Below, piece after piece: positions 26,001-33,907 of a stretch of DNA of 64,000 nucleotides. Below the pieces are notes generated by a model, which worked only from the letters and a program-made list of their open reading frames with translations, made no database searches and was not told the origin of the DNA. A program made the translations under genes and the position numbers. The stretch comes from Octopus vulgaris. Taxonomy: Eukaryota. Location of the stretch: positions 29,698,001 through 29,762,000 of the forward strand of contig OX597838.1 of assembly GCA_951406725.2 (NCBI GenBank). The letters run 5' to 3'. Within the stretch, counting starts at the first letter, position 1; the number at the start of each line of letters is the position of its first letter.

Positions 26001-29000
26001 GTGGTCATCATCATCATCATCATCGTTTAACGTCTGCTTTCCATGCTGGCATGGGTTGGACGATTTGACTGAGGACTGGCGAGCCAGAGGGCTGCACAAG
26101 GCTCCAGTCTTGATCTGGCAGAGTTTCTACAGATGGATGCCCTTCCTAACGCCAACCACTCCGAGAGTGGTGTTGTATGTAGAGTCGTTGACCCAAATTT
26201 AAGTTCTGTTCTATAACCAATGCTTCTTTATCCTCGTCTCATTTATATTTGAGCACTTCTTTTGCAGTCCTCTAAATCTTTCTCTTTCTGTAAAAGGAGA
26301 CAAATATTATTTCTTGTTGTATATATTTACATATATATGTATGTATATGATGGACTCTCTCGTCGAAGATGACATACGAGCCTTTCAGCTTTTGCCGAAT
26401 GCCCTGCACAAAGGATTCTGTGCGGGTGGCACGTAAAAAACACCATTTTCGAGCATGGCCGTTGCCAGTACCACTAGACTGGTCCTTGTGCCGGTGGCAC
26501 GTAAAAGCACCCACTACACTCTCAGAGTGATTGGTGTTAGGAAGGGCATCTGGCTGTAGAAACTCTGCCAGATCAAGATTGGAGCCTGGTGCAGCCATCT
26601 GGTTCGCCAGCCCTCAGTCAAATCGTCCAACCCATGCTAGCATGGAAAGCGGACGTTAAACGATGATGATGATGATGAATGTTATGTACTGTACATTAAC
26701 TCTCCCTCCCTCCATCAGATCGACATTGCCTGAACAGCTGCACGGTTTAGCATGCATCAGATACCAGTGTGATCGCAGAGCAACGTGAAATGAAGTGTCT
26801 TGCTCAAGAACACAATGCACCACCCAGTCTAGGAATTGAAACCACGATCTCGCAGTCACGAGTGCAACACCCTAACCCAGTGGTTTTCAACCAGGGCTCC
26901 GCGGAACCTTAGGGTTCCGCCAGTACAGTCCAGGGGTTCCACAAGAAGTTACAAAACTGCTAAAATCGGCAGTAATTTTTAATTCTCCTGTGCAGATATG
27001 TGTGCATAAGACTATTAAATTATTGCACAGGGGTTCCTCGAGCCAGTGGAATGTTTCCTTGGGGTTCCGCTCCAGCAAAAAGTTTGAAAAGCACTGCCCT
27101 AACCACTAGGCCACGCATCGTCTCACACATATATATCACACGCATGCACACTTGTATAACCACTGTACACTATGTGTTGCTCTATGTTATGTTTTACAGA
27201 CCCACCATACTACAGACCAAGATAGAGAAGAGGGTCTCCCTCCACCCAAAATCTGTCAATTCCACAGAATCAGTGTTTGAATCAAAATGGTTGATTTACC
27301 ACCAAATGTTGAAGACGTCAGGGGTGAGTAATTCCTTGTTGTTGTTGTATTTGTGTTGTGAGGTTGGGGTTATTAGGCTGTGGTTGTTGAGATAACATTA
27401 CTGAAGTGAGACAGTGGTGGGGGTGGGGGTATTAAGGATGAAAGATGGCGATGGTGATTGCATGTCTGTGCAGAAGTGTACAGAAGGGTGAAAGGTGGCA
27501 AATGGGCCTCGACAGAACACAAAGGGCCTCGACAGAACACGAAGGGCCTTGACAGAACACAAAGAGCCTCAACAGAACACGAAGGGCCTCGACAGAACAC
27601 AAAAGGATTCGAAAGAACTCAAAGGATCTTGACAGAACACAAAGAGCCTCAACAGAACACGAAGGGCCTCGACAGAACACAAAAGGATTCGAAAGAACAC
27701 GAAGGGCCTCGACAGAATACAAAGGGACTAGACAGAACTCAAAGGGCCTTGACAGAACACAAAGGGCCTCAACAGAATTCAAAGGGCCTCGACAGAACTC
27801 AAAGGGCCTTGACAGAACTCAAAGGGCCTCGACAGTGCAGTGTATTACATCTCCTTCTGGTTTTTTTCTTTTTGTTTGTTGTTATTTAGCTTTGGTTTTT
27901 TTTTTATTAAATTTCTTTGTTAATTAGTTTTGTTAATTATGGAACTGTTGGTGTTAATTCTCTTCTGCAGATCTACCTCCATGATTGTACCATTATCTCA
28001 CCCTACCCGCTTCTATTCTTTGGTGGACCAATAGGCATCAAAAGGGTAAGTCTCCTGTACTGTTGTCATGGTGATTGTGGTTGTTGTTATTCTTGCTGTT
28101 GTTGTTGTTGTAGCTGTAGTTGTTGCTATGGTGATTTTCTTGATGTGATGGTTTTGTTGTTGTGACTGTTGAGAAACGGAGAGCCACAACGATGTAAAAA
28201 GAGGATTTTGTTGTGTCGGATATTTTTTTTTCCACCACAGACACCACAAGTCAATGAGAGAACTTTTATGTGGTCATGCTACTGCTAGAAACAGCAGTCA
28301 AATTCCCTCAAATCACCCCCACCCCCCTTCTGTCATAAAGAAACAAATTATTCATTGGATGCGGTAATCCTACATTGTCATTGTCCTCTGGAAAGATGGG
28401 ATGGTCAAGGCTGGAACATCTCTAATCATGGATCTGTTTCATCAGATCCAAGACACACTAAGCACCGAGAGGAACAAACCACTGCATGGCTGCTTGAACT
28501 GCTAAAAATAACTGAGATCTCCTCCAAACTACATCCTACTTGTCTTAAGATGGGAAGGGCACATTGCATAATGTTGTCCTGAATAAAAGATGGGATGGTC
28601 TTGTTTGGAATGCCTTCAATCATAGCTCTGTTCAGTCAGGACTGACCAGGGTCAAAAACAATGACAACATATGCTACCACTCATTTCCAGACCCTTGTAT
28701 TTTCGCCAAAAGGGCCCCATTCCTTAGATCCCCTCCTCATGTTCTTCTTACAATGAACTACACCACCACACACGTCTCTTCTACTCCTCATGTTTGTCCC
28801 TAATTAGCACGCCCCACCCCCCTACTCATTTAATCTTTTACTCTTTTACTTGTTTCAGTCATTTGACTGTGGCCATGCTGGAGCACCGCCTTTAGTCGAG
28901 CAAATCAACCCCGGGACTTATTCTTTGTAAGCCCAGTACTTATTCTATCGGTCTCTTTTGCCGAACCGCTAAGTGACGGGGATGTAAACACACCAGCATC

Positions 29001-30491
29001 GGTTGTCAAGCAATGCTAGGGGGACAAACACAGACACACAAACACACACACGCATATATATATATATATATATACATATATACGACAGGCTTCTTTCAGT
29101 TTCCGTCTACCAAATCCACTCACAAGGCATTGGTCGGCCCGGGGCTATAGCAGAAGACACTTGCCCAAGATGCCACGCAGTGGGACTGAACCCGGAACCA
29201 TGTGGTTGGTTAGCAAGCTACTTACCACACAGCCACTCCTTGTAATTTCATGAACACATACACCACTGCTACCATTCTAGCATTTGAATTCTGTTCTTTG
29301 AGTCGATTCCTCATTCTTTCTGCCATTTCCTTACAGGATGGTGACCAAGACTGCATCACGGTGGATGAATGGATCGTATTCCAGGCCTCTCCAAAAACAG
29401 CAGCTCTTGTGAAGGCAAGTATTTCTATCATCATCATCGTCATCAGTATCATCACCATCATCATCATCATCATCATCTATACACAAGATTGCTAGGCATA
29501 ATCATGTGGGTGAGTAAGGTGTAGGTAGGATTACAGGTAAGTTCACTGCCATCAATTTACCATGAGGTAAGTTTACCAAGAAAATATATCCACAGTATTT
29601 CGTTTTTGGATTTGGTTTGCAAGATTCTTTATGTGAGTTCATGTATTGAAACATATTTTGTTGTGTCTGGGGAGAGTCATTTTCTTTTTGTGCCTTATAA
29701 TTTAACACACTCACCGGTAAAATTTCCACTCATTTACATTTTTTTTTTCTTTTGCCTAAAAATTTTCGAATGGACAGAGTCAACGACCATTGAAATGGTT
29801 CCAAGACACAACGAAAATTTTTAGGGAAAATATATAAGTAAATGAGTGGAAACTTTACCAGTGAGTGTGTTAAATAATAAGGCACTAAAAGAGAATGACT
29901 CTCGCCAGACACAACAGAATATCCACAGTATCTCACCGTTAATATTCTGTTGTGTCTGGGGAGAGTCATTCTCTTTTAGTACCTTATAATGTAACACACT
30001 CACCGGTAAAATTTCCACTTATTTCTTATTTTTATTTTCTAAAATTTTCGTTGCGTCTTGTAACCTTTTCAAATATATATATATTTATAAAATATATATA
30101 TATATAAACATTATATTATGAATACTGTAAGAGGCACTGGTATGGCTGTGTTGTAAGAAGTTTGCTTCCCGACCACATGGTTCTGGGTTCAGTCCCACTG
30201 CATGGCAACTTGGGCAAGTGTCTTTTACTATAACCTCAGGCTAACCGAAGTCTTGGTAGACAGAAAAAGCCCACCGTGTGTGTGTGTCTGTGTGTGTGAT
30301 TTTCTTTTGATATTGCATAATTGATTATCTCCCTTTGCGACCAGGATTTACGCACGGAACTGGATCAATTGCTCGAAGAGAAAATCAGCACCCCGGGCCC
30401 CACCGATTGGGGTGTGAGTAAGAAGGAAGGGGCCTTAATGAAGGCCATTATTGATCTTGTCATCCAGCCATGCCCATCACCACAATTTTAA
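952..30491 (+). CDS. DHX36: DEAH/RHA RNA-DNA helicase, DHX36 (G4 resolvase 1)-like; 5'-partial, 20 coding exons, 714 aa in window
   Basis: Manual exon join 952-1031,2395-2469,3272-3438,5609-5690,7640-7759,8450-8552,9310-9397,11462-11582,12537-12680,13844-13961,15886-15984,16858-17031,18243-18329,22990-23067,23830-23929,24561-24645,27200-27323,27971-28045,29337-29414,30345-30491 gives one open frame (2145 nt) with [38 protein letters not shown]2 and OB-fold; [10 protein letters not shown] and LSFKDxFVIPLGKEK are DHX36-like. Confidence 0.93.
1072..1530 (-). mobile_element. SINE family B with internal (TA/TATG)n
   Basis: Reverse match to copies at 3972 and 16094. Confidence 0.85.
1670..2310. 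repeat. (CT)n/(TA)n/(CTAT)n microsatellite cluster
   Basis: Direct reading. Confidence 0.85.
2395..2469 (+). CDS. DHX36: DHX36 exon ([25 protein letters not shown]), motif Ib
   Basis: ACAG acceptor, GTAAGT donor, phase fits. Confidence 0.92.
3272..3438 (+). CDS. DHX36: DHX36 exon with DEIH box and SAT motif
   Basis: [10 protein letters not shown]...[11 protein letters not shown]; CAG/GTAAGT. Confidence 0.95.
3470..3949. mobile_element. Head-to-head pair of family A SINEs
   Basis: Minus copy ~3470-3704, plus copy ~3718-3949, flanked by AGAAACCTACCTTAATA at 3453-3469 and 3950-3966. Confidence 0.88.
3972..4390 (+). mobile_element. SINE family B, full length
   Basis: Head TGGCTGTGTGGTAAG...GGTTCAGTCCC (A/B-box-like), CCTTGGGCAAG, internal microsatellite, (TAAAAGAG) tail. 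Confidence 0.88.
5609..5690 (+). CDS. DHX36: DHX36 exon ([26 protein letters not shown])
   Basis: TGCAG acceptor, GTAAAA donor; RecA1-RecA2 linker. Confidence 0.92.
5815..6585 (-). mobile_element. Tandem tetramer of family A SINE, 184-bp period
   Basis: GTYGACCTCGGCGG recurs at 5935, 6119, 6303, 6487; single head at ~6540-6585. Confidence 0.9.
7176..7277. repeat. 42-bp tandem repeat, about 2.4 copies, at the end of a family C-like element
   Basis: GYCTCYGTGRGGCCCAA at 7176, 7218, 7260. Confidence 0.75.
7640..7759 (+). CDS. DHX36: DHX36 exon ([15 protein letters not shown]...IRETIQG), variable insert
   Basis: TAG acceptor, GTATGG donor, 120 nt open and in phase; low sequence conservation. 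Confidence 0.78.
7791..7999. mobile_element. piggyBac-like MITE
   Basis: TTAA|CCCTTCAGCAT ... ATGCTAAAGGG|ATAA; relatives at 14616-14834, 18497-18882, 55016-55175, ~62565-62755. Confidence 0.65.
8017..8207. repeat. Direct duplication of ~82 bp AT-rich segment
   Basis: GAGATGAGTCATTAACAAGATTAT...TTATTTTA at 8017 and 8124. Confidence 0.8.
8450..8552 (+). CDS. DHX36: DHX36 exon (YSPSTCHSL...[18 protein letters not shown])
   Basis: CAG acceptor, GTGAGT donor, phase fits. Confidence 0.87.
9310..9397 (+). CDS. DHX36: DHX36 exon, motif IV ([14 protein letters not shown])
   Basis: CAG/GTATGT; helicase motif IV. Confidence 0.92.
9459..9683 (+). mobile_element. SINE family A with 15-bp target-site duplication
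   Basis: GGTATGTGTTTGTGG at 9444-9458 and 9684-9698. Confidence 0.92.
10820..11164. repeat. 30-bp minisatellite, about 11.5 copies
   Basis: Unit TGACTCCGACTCCTCTACTATTGACACCTC. Confidence 0.95.
11462..11582 (+). CDS. DHX36: DHX36 exon, motifs IVa-V (LHSLMPT...ATNIAET)
   Basis: CAG/GTAGGC; conserved motifs. Confidence 0.95.
12090..12370 (-). mobile_element. Family C retro-element fragment with (GAT)n tail
   Basis: AGGAAGGGCATCCAGCTGTAGAAAC...GGACGTTAAA(TGA)n on minus; many copies e.g. 26430-26677, 32150-32386, 34723-35005, 35957-36300, 61885-62148. Confidence 0.8.
12537..12680 (+). CDS. DHX36: DHX36 exon, motifs Va-VI ([11 protein letters not shown]...QRRGRAGR)
   Basis: CAG/GTAAGT; conserved motifs. 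Confidence 0.95.
12712..12933 (-). mobile_element. SINE family A
   Basis: Reverse match to family A. Confidence 0.85.
12950..13200 (+). mobile_element. tRNA-headed SINE family D (CORE-like TTGAGCAAAACACTT)
   Basis: TGGCTTAGTGGTTAAGG head; relatives at 26700-27120 (-), 34355-34470, 55405-56090 (-, two copies), 62870-63080. Confidence 0.7.
13844..13961 (+). CDS. DHX36: DHX36 exon ([10 protein letters not shown]...[16 protein letters not shown])
   Basis: AAG acceptor, GTAAGA donor; conserved sequence. Confidence 0.92.
14616..14834. mobile_element. piggyBac-like MITE copy
   Basis: CCATTTAGCATT ... AATGCCAAGGG ends; interior matches 7791-7999. Confidence 0.6.
15245..15722 (-). mobile_element. 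Decayed RTE-clade LINE reverse transcriptase fragment with Cys-rich insert
   Basis: Minus translation [13 protein letters not shown] / [17 protein letters not shown] (YADD degenerate) ...[10 protein letters not shown]...[19 protein letters not shown]...CGKC, with frameshifts and a stop. Confidence 0.85.
15886..15984 (+). CDS. DHX36: DHX36 exon, winged helix ([10 protein letters not shown]...ILQDL)
   Basis: CAG/GTAAGT, phase 0. Confidence 0.9.
16094..16510 (+). mobile_element. SINE family B, full length, close to consensus
   Basis: Near identical to reverse copies at 23963-24372, 28836-29240, 30540-30930. Confidence 0.9.
16858..17031 (+). CDS. DHX36: DHX36 exon, HA2 ([23 protein letters not shown]...FVIPL)
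   Basis: TAG/GTAAGT; HA2 signature. Confidence 0.95.
17395..17651. mobile_element. 257-bp element with 48-bp terminal inverted repeats
   Basis: GGACATAACAACAGGTGTCTTTCGACTAAGGA...AATTAAGCT at 17395-17442 and reverse complement at 17604-17651. Confidence 0.8.
18243..18329 (+). CDS. DHX36: DHX36 exon (GKEKAAD...[11 protein letters not shown])
   Basis: TAG/GTAACA; SDH motif. Confidence 0.92.
18497..18882. mobile_element. piggyBac-like MITE, internally duplicated
   Basis: TTAA|CCCC start, AATGCTAAAGGG end; GTGTGAGAGACCAGATC occurs twice. Confidence 0.6.
19740..19940 (+). mobile_element. RTE/BovB-type 5'UTR-derived fragment
   Basis: GAGAAAGGCAATGGCAAGCCACCCCAATATCTCTGCCCAGAAAACACTATG (19883-19934) resembles the Bov-A/BovB 5'UTR motif (recalled, not searched). 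Confidence 0.55.
21438..21862 (-). mobile_element. Tandem dimer of family A SINE
   Basis: Two bodies, one head; same GACGAAATACC|TATTTCTTT junction as the 5815 array. Confidence 0.88.
22660..22745 (+). mobile_element. RTE LINE 3' end remnant
   Basis: Translates ..[18 protein letters not shown] followed by TAAGTA, like RTE ORF C-termini. Confidence 0.5.
22990..23067 (+). CDS. DHX36: DHX36 exon (GWRKS...[13 protein letters not shown])
   Basis: CAG/GTAAGA; CxxNFLS motif. Confidence 0.92.
23830..23929 (+). CDS. DHX36: DHX36 exon ([19 protein letters not shown]...NKNS)
   Basis: TAG/GTAGGC; phase fits. Confidence 0.9.
23963..24372 (-). mobile_element. SINE family B
   Basis: Reverse match to 16094-16510. 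Confidence 0.88.
24561..24645 (+). CDS. DHX36: DHX36 exon ([19 protein letters not shown])
   Basis: CAG/GTAAGT; AGLYPNV motif at OB-fold start. Confidence 0.93.
24657..24832. repeat. (CAC/CAT) trinucleotide tract just after an exon donor
   Basis: Direct reading. Confidence 0.9.
26878..27096. mobile_element. hAT-type MITE (219 bp) with 8-bp TSD, nested in a family D SINE head
   Basis: TIR CAGTGGTTTTCAA / TTGAAAAGCACTG; TSD CCCTAACC at 26870-26877 and 27097-27104. Confidence 0.9.
27200..27323 (+). CDS. DHX36: DHX36 exon, OB-fold (VSLHPKSVN...[12 protein letters not shown])
   Basis: CAG/GTGAGT; HPxSVN motif. Confidence 0.93.
27504..27835. repeat. 21-bp minisatellite, about 16 copies
   Basis: Unit approx GGGCCTCGACAGAACACAAA+1. 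Confidence 0.92.
27971..28045 (+). CDS. DHX36: DHX36 exon ([19 protein letters not shown])
   Basis: TGCAG/GTAAGT; LLFFGG motif. Confidence 0.93.
28836..29240 (-). mobile_element. SINE family B
   Basis: Reverse match to 16094-16510. Confidence 0.88.
29337..29414 (+). CDS. DHX36: DHX36 exon ([17 protein letters not shown]...LVK), GC donor
   Basis: ACAG acceptor; AAG|GCAAGT donor keeps frame into next exon. Confidence 0.88.
29653..30072. repeat. Three alternating copies (forward, reverse, forward) of a ~120-130 bp unit
   Basis: TGTTGTGTCTGGGGAGAGTCATT...TCACCGGTAAAATTTCCACT at ~29653 and ~29942; reverse complement at ~29790-29922. Confidence 0.88.
30345..30491 (+). CDS. DHX36: DHX36 last coding exon ([14 protein letters not shown]...AIIDLV...PQF*)
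   Basis: CCAG acceptor; LRxELDxLLxxKI and AIIDL motifs; TAA at 30489-30491. Confidence 0.9.
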   Translation, partial: DLRTELDQLLEEKISTPGPTDWGVSKKEGALMKAIIDLVIQPCPSPQF

Positions 30492-30539
30492 GGTCAGTCA
30501 ACACTTTTGTATCTACTTTAATTTATTTTTATTTTGCTC

Positions 30540-30930
30540 TCTTTTTTACGTGTTTCAGTCATTTGACTGCGGCCATGCTGGAGCACCGCCTTTAGTCGAA
30601 AAAATCGACCCCAGGACTTATTCTTTGTAAGCCCAGTACTTATTCTGTCGGTCTCTTTTGCCGAACCGCTAAGTGACGGGGACGTAAACACACCAGCATC
30701 GGTTGTCAAGCAATGCTAGGGGGACAAACACAGACACACACACATATACACACACATACATATATATATACGACAGGCTTCTTTCAGTTTCCGTCTACCA
30801 AATCCACTCACAAGACTTTGGTCGGCCCGAGGCTATAGTAGAAGACACTTGCCCAAGGTGCCACGCAGTGGGACTAAACTCGGAACCATGTGGTTGGTAA
30901 GCAAGCTACTTACCACACAGCCACTCCTGC
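30540..30930 (-). mobile_element. SINE family B just after the DHX36 stop codon
   Basis: Reverse match to family B. Confidence 0.88.
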
Positions 30931-33674
30931 TGTTAAATATAGGTTCTGAGTTCAGTCCTGTTATTTGGCACCATGGCCGTGTGTCTTCCACTGTAGACTC
31001 AAAACTGGCCAATGTCTTGTGAATGAAATTTGATTGATTTTTTTTTTTTACAGTAAACTAAAAATACTTGAAGCTGTTGTCGTAGCATGGTCGCAGTCTG
31101 TCTGAAACTAGGATTGGAACTACAATAAAGTAAATAAAGTGTGTTCTTGTTTAGCTCCAGGTCAGGCCAGTTTGAGCAGATTTATGACCGACATGACTCC
31201 AGCCATGACCACTCCATTTTGTTTTCAGGAATAGTGTATCTAGGACTGCATCATTCAATGTGTCCCACCTTATTCTTATTAAAAAGGTTGAACACGATTT
31301 GAGGGAGTTTTAGTTGCTAAGCTGGTGACTTGTATACAACAGCCATTCATTTAACAGGGACCAAGTCCTGGGTCAGCTATTACAGTGTGTCCAGTAGGGA
31401 GGGGCCAGCTTAGGAAATCAGGAGTTTTGAGGGGAGTATGGAGATACTCCTTAGTGGAGTAACAGCATTACTCCTAGGTCCACTGTGGCCTGGAGTTGTG
31501 GTACTTGTTAAGGGTCCCAGTTCTGTGTCAAATAGCAGAAGAGGGTCCTGTGGCTAAGGCATACAGGATCCAGAGGAGAACTGGTCCATAGACATGTCAA
31601 ATAGCCCCATCGCTATGTGGATGGACGTTGTCACTTGAACCAGTCCTCCATATTTAAGGGTGGAAGGTGGACATTAAATGATGATGATGATGATGATGAT
31701 GATGACAGACCCAACCTAAACTGCCAAGTGGATAGGAACTGGCATGAGATTTATCAGAAATGGACCAAGGAGATCGGCTATCTCTGGAAGAGCAATGTGG
31801 TCATTTACTATTTGCTTGACCATCCTGCCTTGCTCCAATTATCATCTCACCTGATTAGAATGCCCACTCTTTCACTTCTTGTGGAAGTAATGTTCCACCA
31901 ACGAGAAGATCCTTTCATGTGGGTGTCATGACACGCCATGGTCGATGATATGCACACATGCATTTTAGCTGCACCATTTGCAAAGATTCCTGACTAGTGG
32001 GCAGTTGTGTTGATTGTCTTTTAGTCATGTCTTCCTACAGCTCATCTCTTTCAAGCTGCAGTCCTGGGTCAGAAAAAATTCAAGATTGGTCACCTGGTAT
32101 GTTGTCCCCTAACAATTAGAGTAGCAGCCCCCAAAATTACTGCCCTTCTGCTTAAAGCACCATCTGATCGTGGCCGTTTGCCAGCCTTGTCTAGCACCTG
32201 TGCCGGTGGCACGTAAAAAGCACCCACTACACTCATGGAGTGGTTGGTGTTAGGAAGGACAGACAGCTGTAGAAACACTGCCAAATCAGACTGGGCCTGG
32301 TGCAGCCTTCTGGCTTCCCAGACCCCAGTTGAACCATCCAACCCATGCTAGCATGGAAAGCGGACGTTAAACAATGATGATGATGATTATTATAATTATT
32401 GAGTGAGAGAGCAGTGCATACCATCAAAGTGACATTGGGGTAAAATATACGAAGCCCAGTATACCCATCATGACTACCCATCTCATAAGGGTACACTAGG
32501 CACATGCATCACAACCATATGTGCACGACATGGTGATCTCATATCATGATAAACAACACATGACCTTACAGGTGGGGCCCAGTTAGAATTTTATTCTAGT
32601 CGAGTAACCCATTCCGCTCAAAAGGTCCCTGAATAAGGGTTGTTTAATGATGTTGAACAAAATACCCATGTCTCCAGAGGTATATTATTCAAACCCCAAA
32701 TAACTCCTCTCAACACATGGCCACGATGCTCCCCCATTACTTCTACTCGTGGTCAGAGATGCACATATCGTCAGCTACTAAAGGACATGCTCAACTGGTT
32801 ATGGTCAAACAACTGACAAGCAAATCTGTGGTATTGAGCAGAATATTTGCTGTAGCCCATCTTTTATACCAAGACAAAACAATTGTACGTGATAACACTT
32901 CCAATCAGTTAAGATCAGAAGCCATGAGAGCCACTGCCTGGTACTGCATCAGGACATTTATTATTATTATTATTAAGATGGTGAGTTGGCAGAATTGATA
33001 ACACGCTGGACAAGATACTTAGCAGCATTTCGTCGACCTTTAGATTCTGAGTTCAAACTCCACCAAGGTTGACCTTATCTTTCATCCTTTTGGGGTTAAT
33101 AAAATAGGGGGCCCTTTGAGTACTGGGGTCAATGTAATCAGCTTATTCCCTCCCTCAAATTTTCAGGCCTGTCCCAAAATTTGAAAACAAGGCAGCAAGC
33201 TGGCAGACTCATTAGCATGCTGGACAAAATACTTATTGGGCATTTCGTCTGTCTTTACATTCTGGGTTCAAATTCCACCCAGGTCAGCTTTGCCTTTCAT
33301 CCTTTCAGGGTCAGTAAAATAGGGGACCTGTTAAGCACTGATCCCCTGTCCTTAAACTTGCTGGCCTTGTGCCAAAATTTAAAACCATTATTATTATTAG
33401 TAGTAGTAATATTTAAATATTTTGAATTTTATTTTAGGGGTCTACATTGTGAATATGAAGGCCTTGGATCTGCAGATCTCATGTGAACAACAACACAAAC
33501 CCATTCAACTTAAAACTGTGTACATTTTCTTGTAAACTTGATAATAATAAATCTTAACGTTATCACATCTTTCCATCATCAGATTTCCTGATTCCAAAGG
33601 AATTCGCTGTCGCCTGATCCTTTTGTTTTTCTAGATTCTTTGGATTCAAATCACACAACTGCTAAACTCCTACC

Positions 33675-33907
33675 TATTTTTTTACTACCCACAAGGGGCT
33701 AAACACAGAGAGGACGAACAAGGACAGACAAACGGATTAAGTCGATCATATCGACCCCTGTGCGTAACTGTACTTATTTTAATCGACCCCAAAAGGATGA
33801 AAGGCAAAGTCGACCTCGGTGGAATTTGAACTCAGAACGTAACGGCAGACGAAATACCGCTAAGCATTTCACTCGGCGTGCTAACATTTCTGCCAGCTCG
33901 CCGCCTT
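33675..33907 (-). mobile_element. SINE family A with 18-bp TSD
   Basis: AACTGCTAAACYCCTACC at 33657-33674 and 33910-33927. Confidence 0.9.

Noticed and set aside
31780-32040. Possible RTE C-terminal remnant on the minus strand; similar faint LINE-like pieces at 24840-25130, 35400-35740 and 49720-50000
   Set aside because: Too degraded to support without a profile search
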